A stretch of DNA of 64,000 bases from Lama glama (Eukaryota): positions 97,590,001 to 97,654,000 of the forward strand of contig CM052816.1 of NCBI GenBank assembly GCA_028534125.1. The letters run 5' to 3'. The notes under the pieces were generated by a model. It was not told the DNA's origin. It ran no database searches and saw only the letters and a list, made by a program, of their open reading frames with translations. Shown here one piece after another: positions 63,571-64,000 of this stretch (position 1 is its first letter; each line of letters opens with the position of its first letter). Position numbers and translations under genes: made by a program.

Positions 63571-64000
63571 TTGGTGCGGGGGTGGGGATGGAATAGAGAC
63601 GTTCTTGAGAGAGATGATACAGATGCATGGTAGATCGGTAGTAGTTCCTTTCCAGTCCTTTCTTTGAGCTTATTTTGTTCTTTTTTTTTTCTAAATTCCT
63701 ATTTTGTACTTAGTTCATTCATTTTCAGTCTTTTTTCCCCAATAATTGCATTTAAAGTGATGACTTTCTTAGTCGCCTATGTTTTGAATGTGATACTAAT
63801 TTCATTGAGTTTTAAATATTTCCTAATTCTATTATGGTTGATTTCTTAAATCAAGGGTTACTTAACAGTATTTCTTAATGTAAATATAAAGGACTTTGCC
63901 AGTGACATGTTTTTATTGATCTCCAGCTTACTTGAATGGTGGTCATACTATTTGCTGTGTAATTGTTAGGGGGGACCCCTCTTCACTTCTGCTAATGCTT

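Overview
Mammalian non-coding DNA, most likely camelid (alpaca/camel) judging from a tRNA-derived SINE and L1 3' ends that resemble camelid families as I recall them. I could not identify any intact protein-coding gene. The only recognisable protein homologies are LINE-1 ORF2 fragments and a decayed RPL23A retrocopy; the other ORFs look like chance ORFs, microsatellite translations or read-through of three N-gaps. The window is rich in interspersed repeats: L1 (several with target-site duplications and 5' inversions), L2, MIR, MaLR/ERVL and ERV1-type LTRs, and hAT-type MER elements. A few repeat-poor stretches look regulatory. The most notable item is the RPL23A retrocopy at 17577-17991. It appears to be semi-processed: it starts in what looks like the 3' end of the intronic C/D snoRNA SNORD4A, keeps the rest of intron 2 up to its AG, then continues into spliced exons 3-4-5 and a poly(A) tail, all inside a 13-bp TSD. 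Repeat family names and the SNORD4A/RPL23A exon structure come from memory of consensus sequences and need database confirmation.
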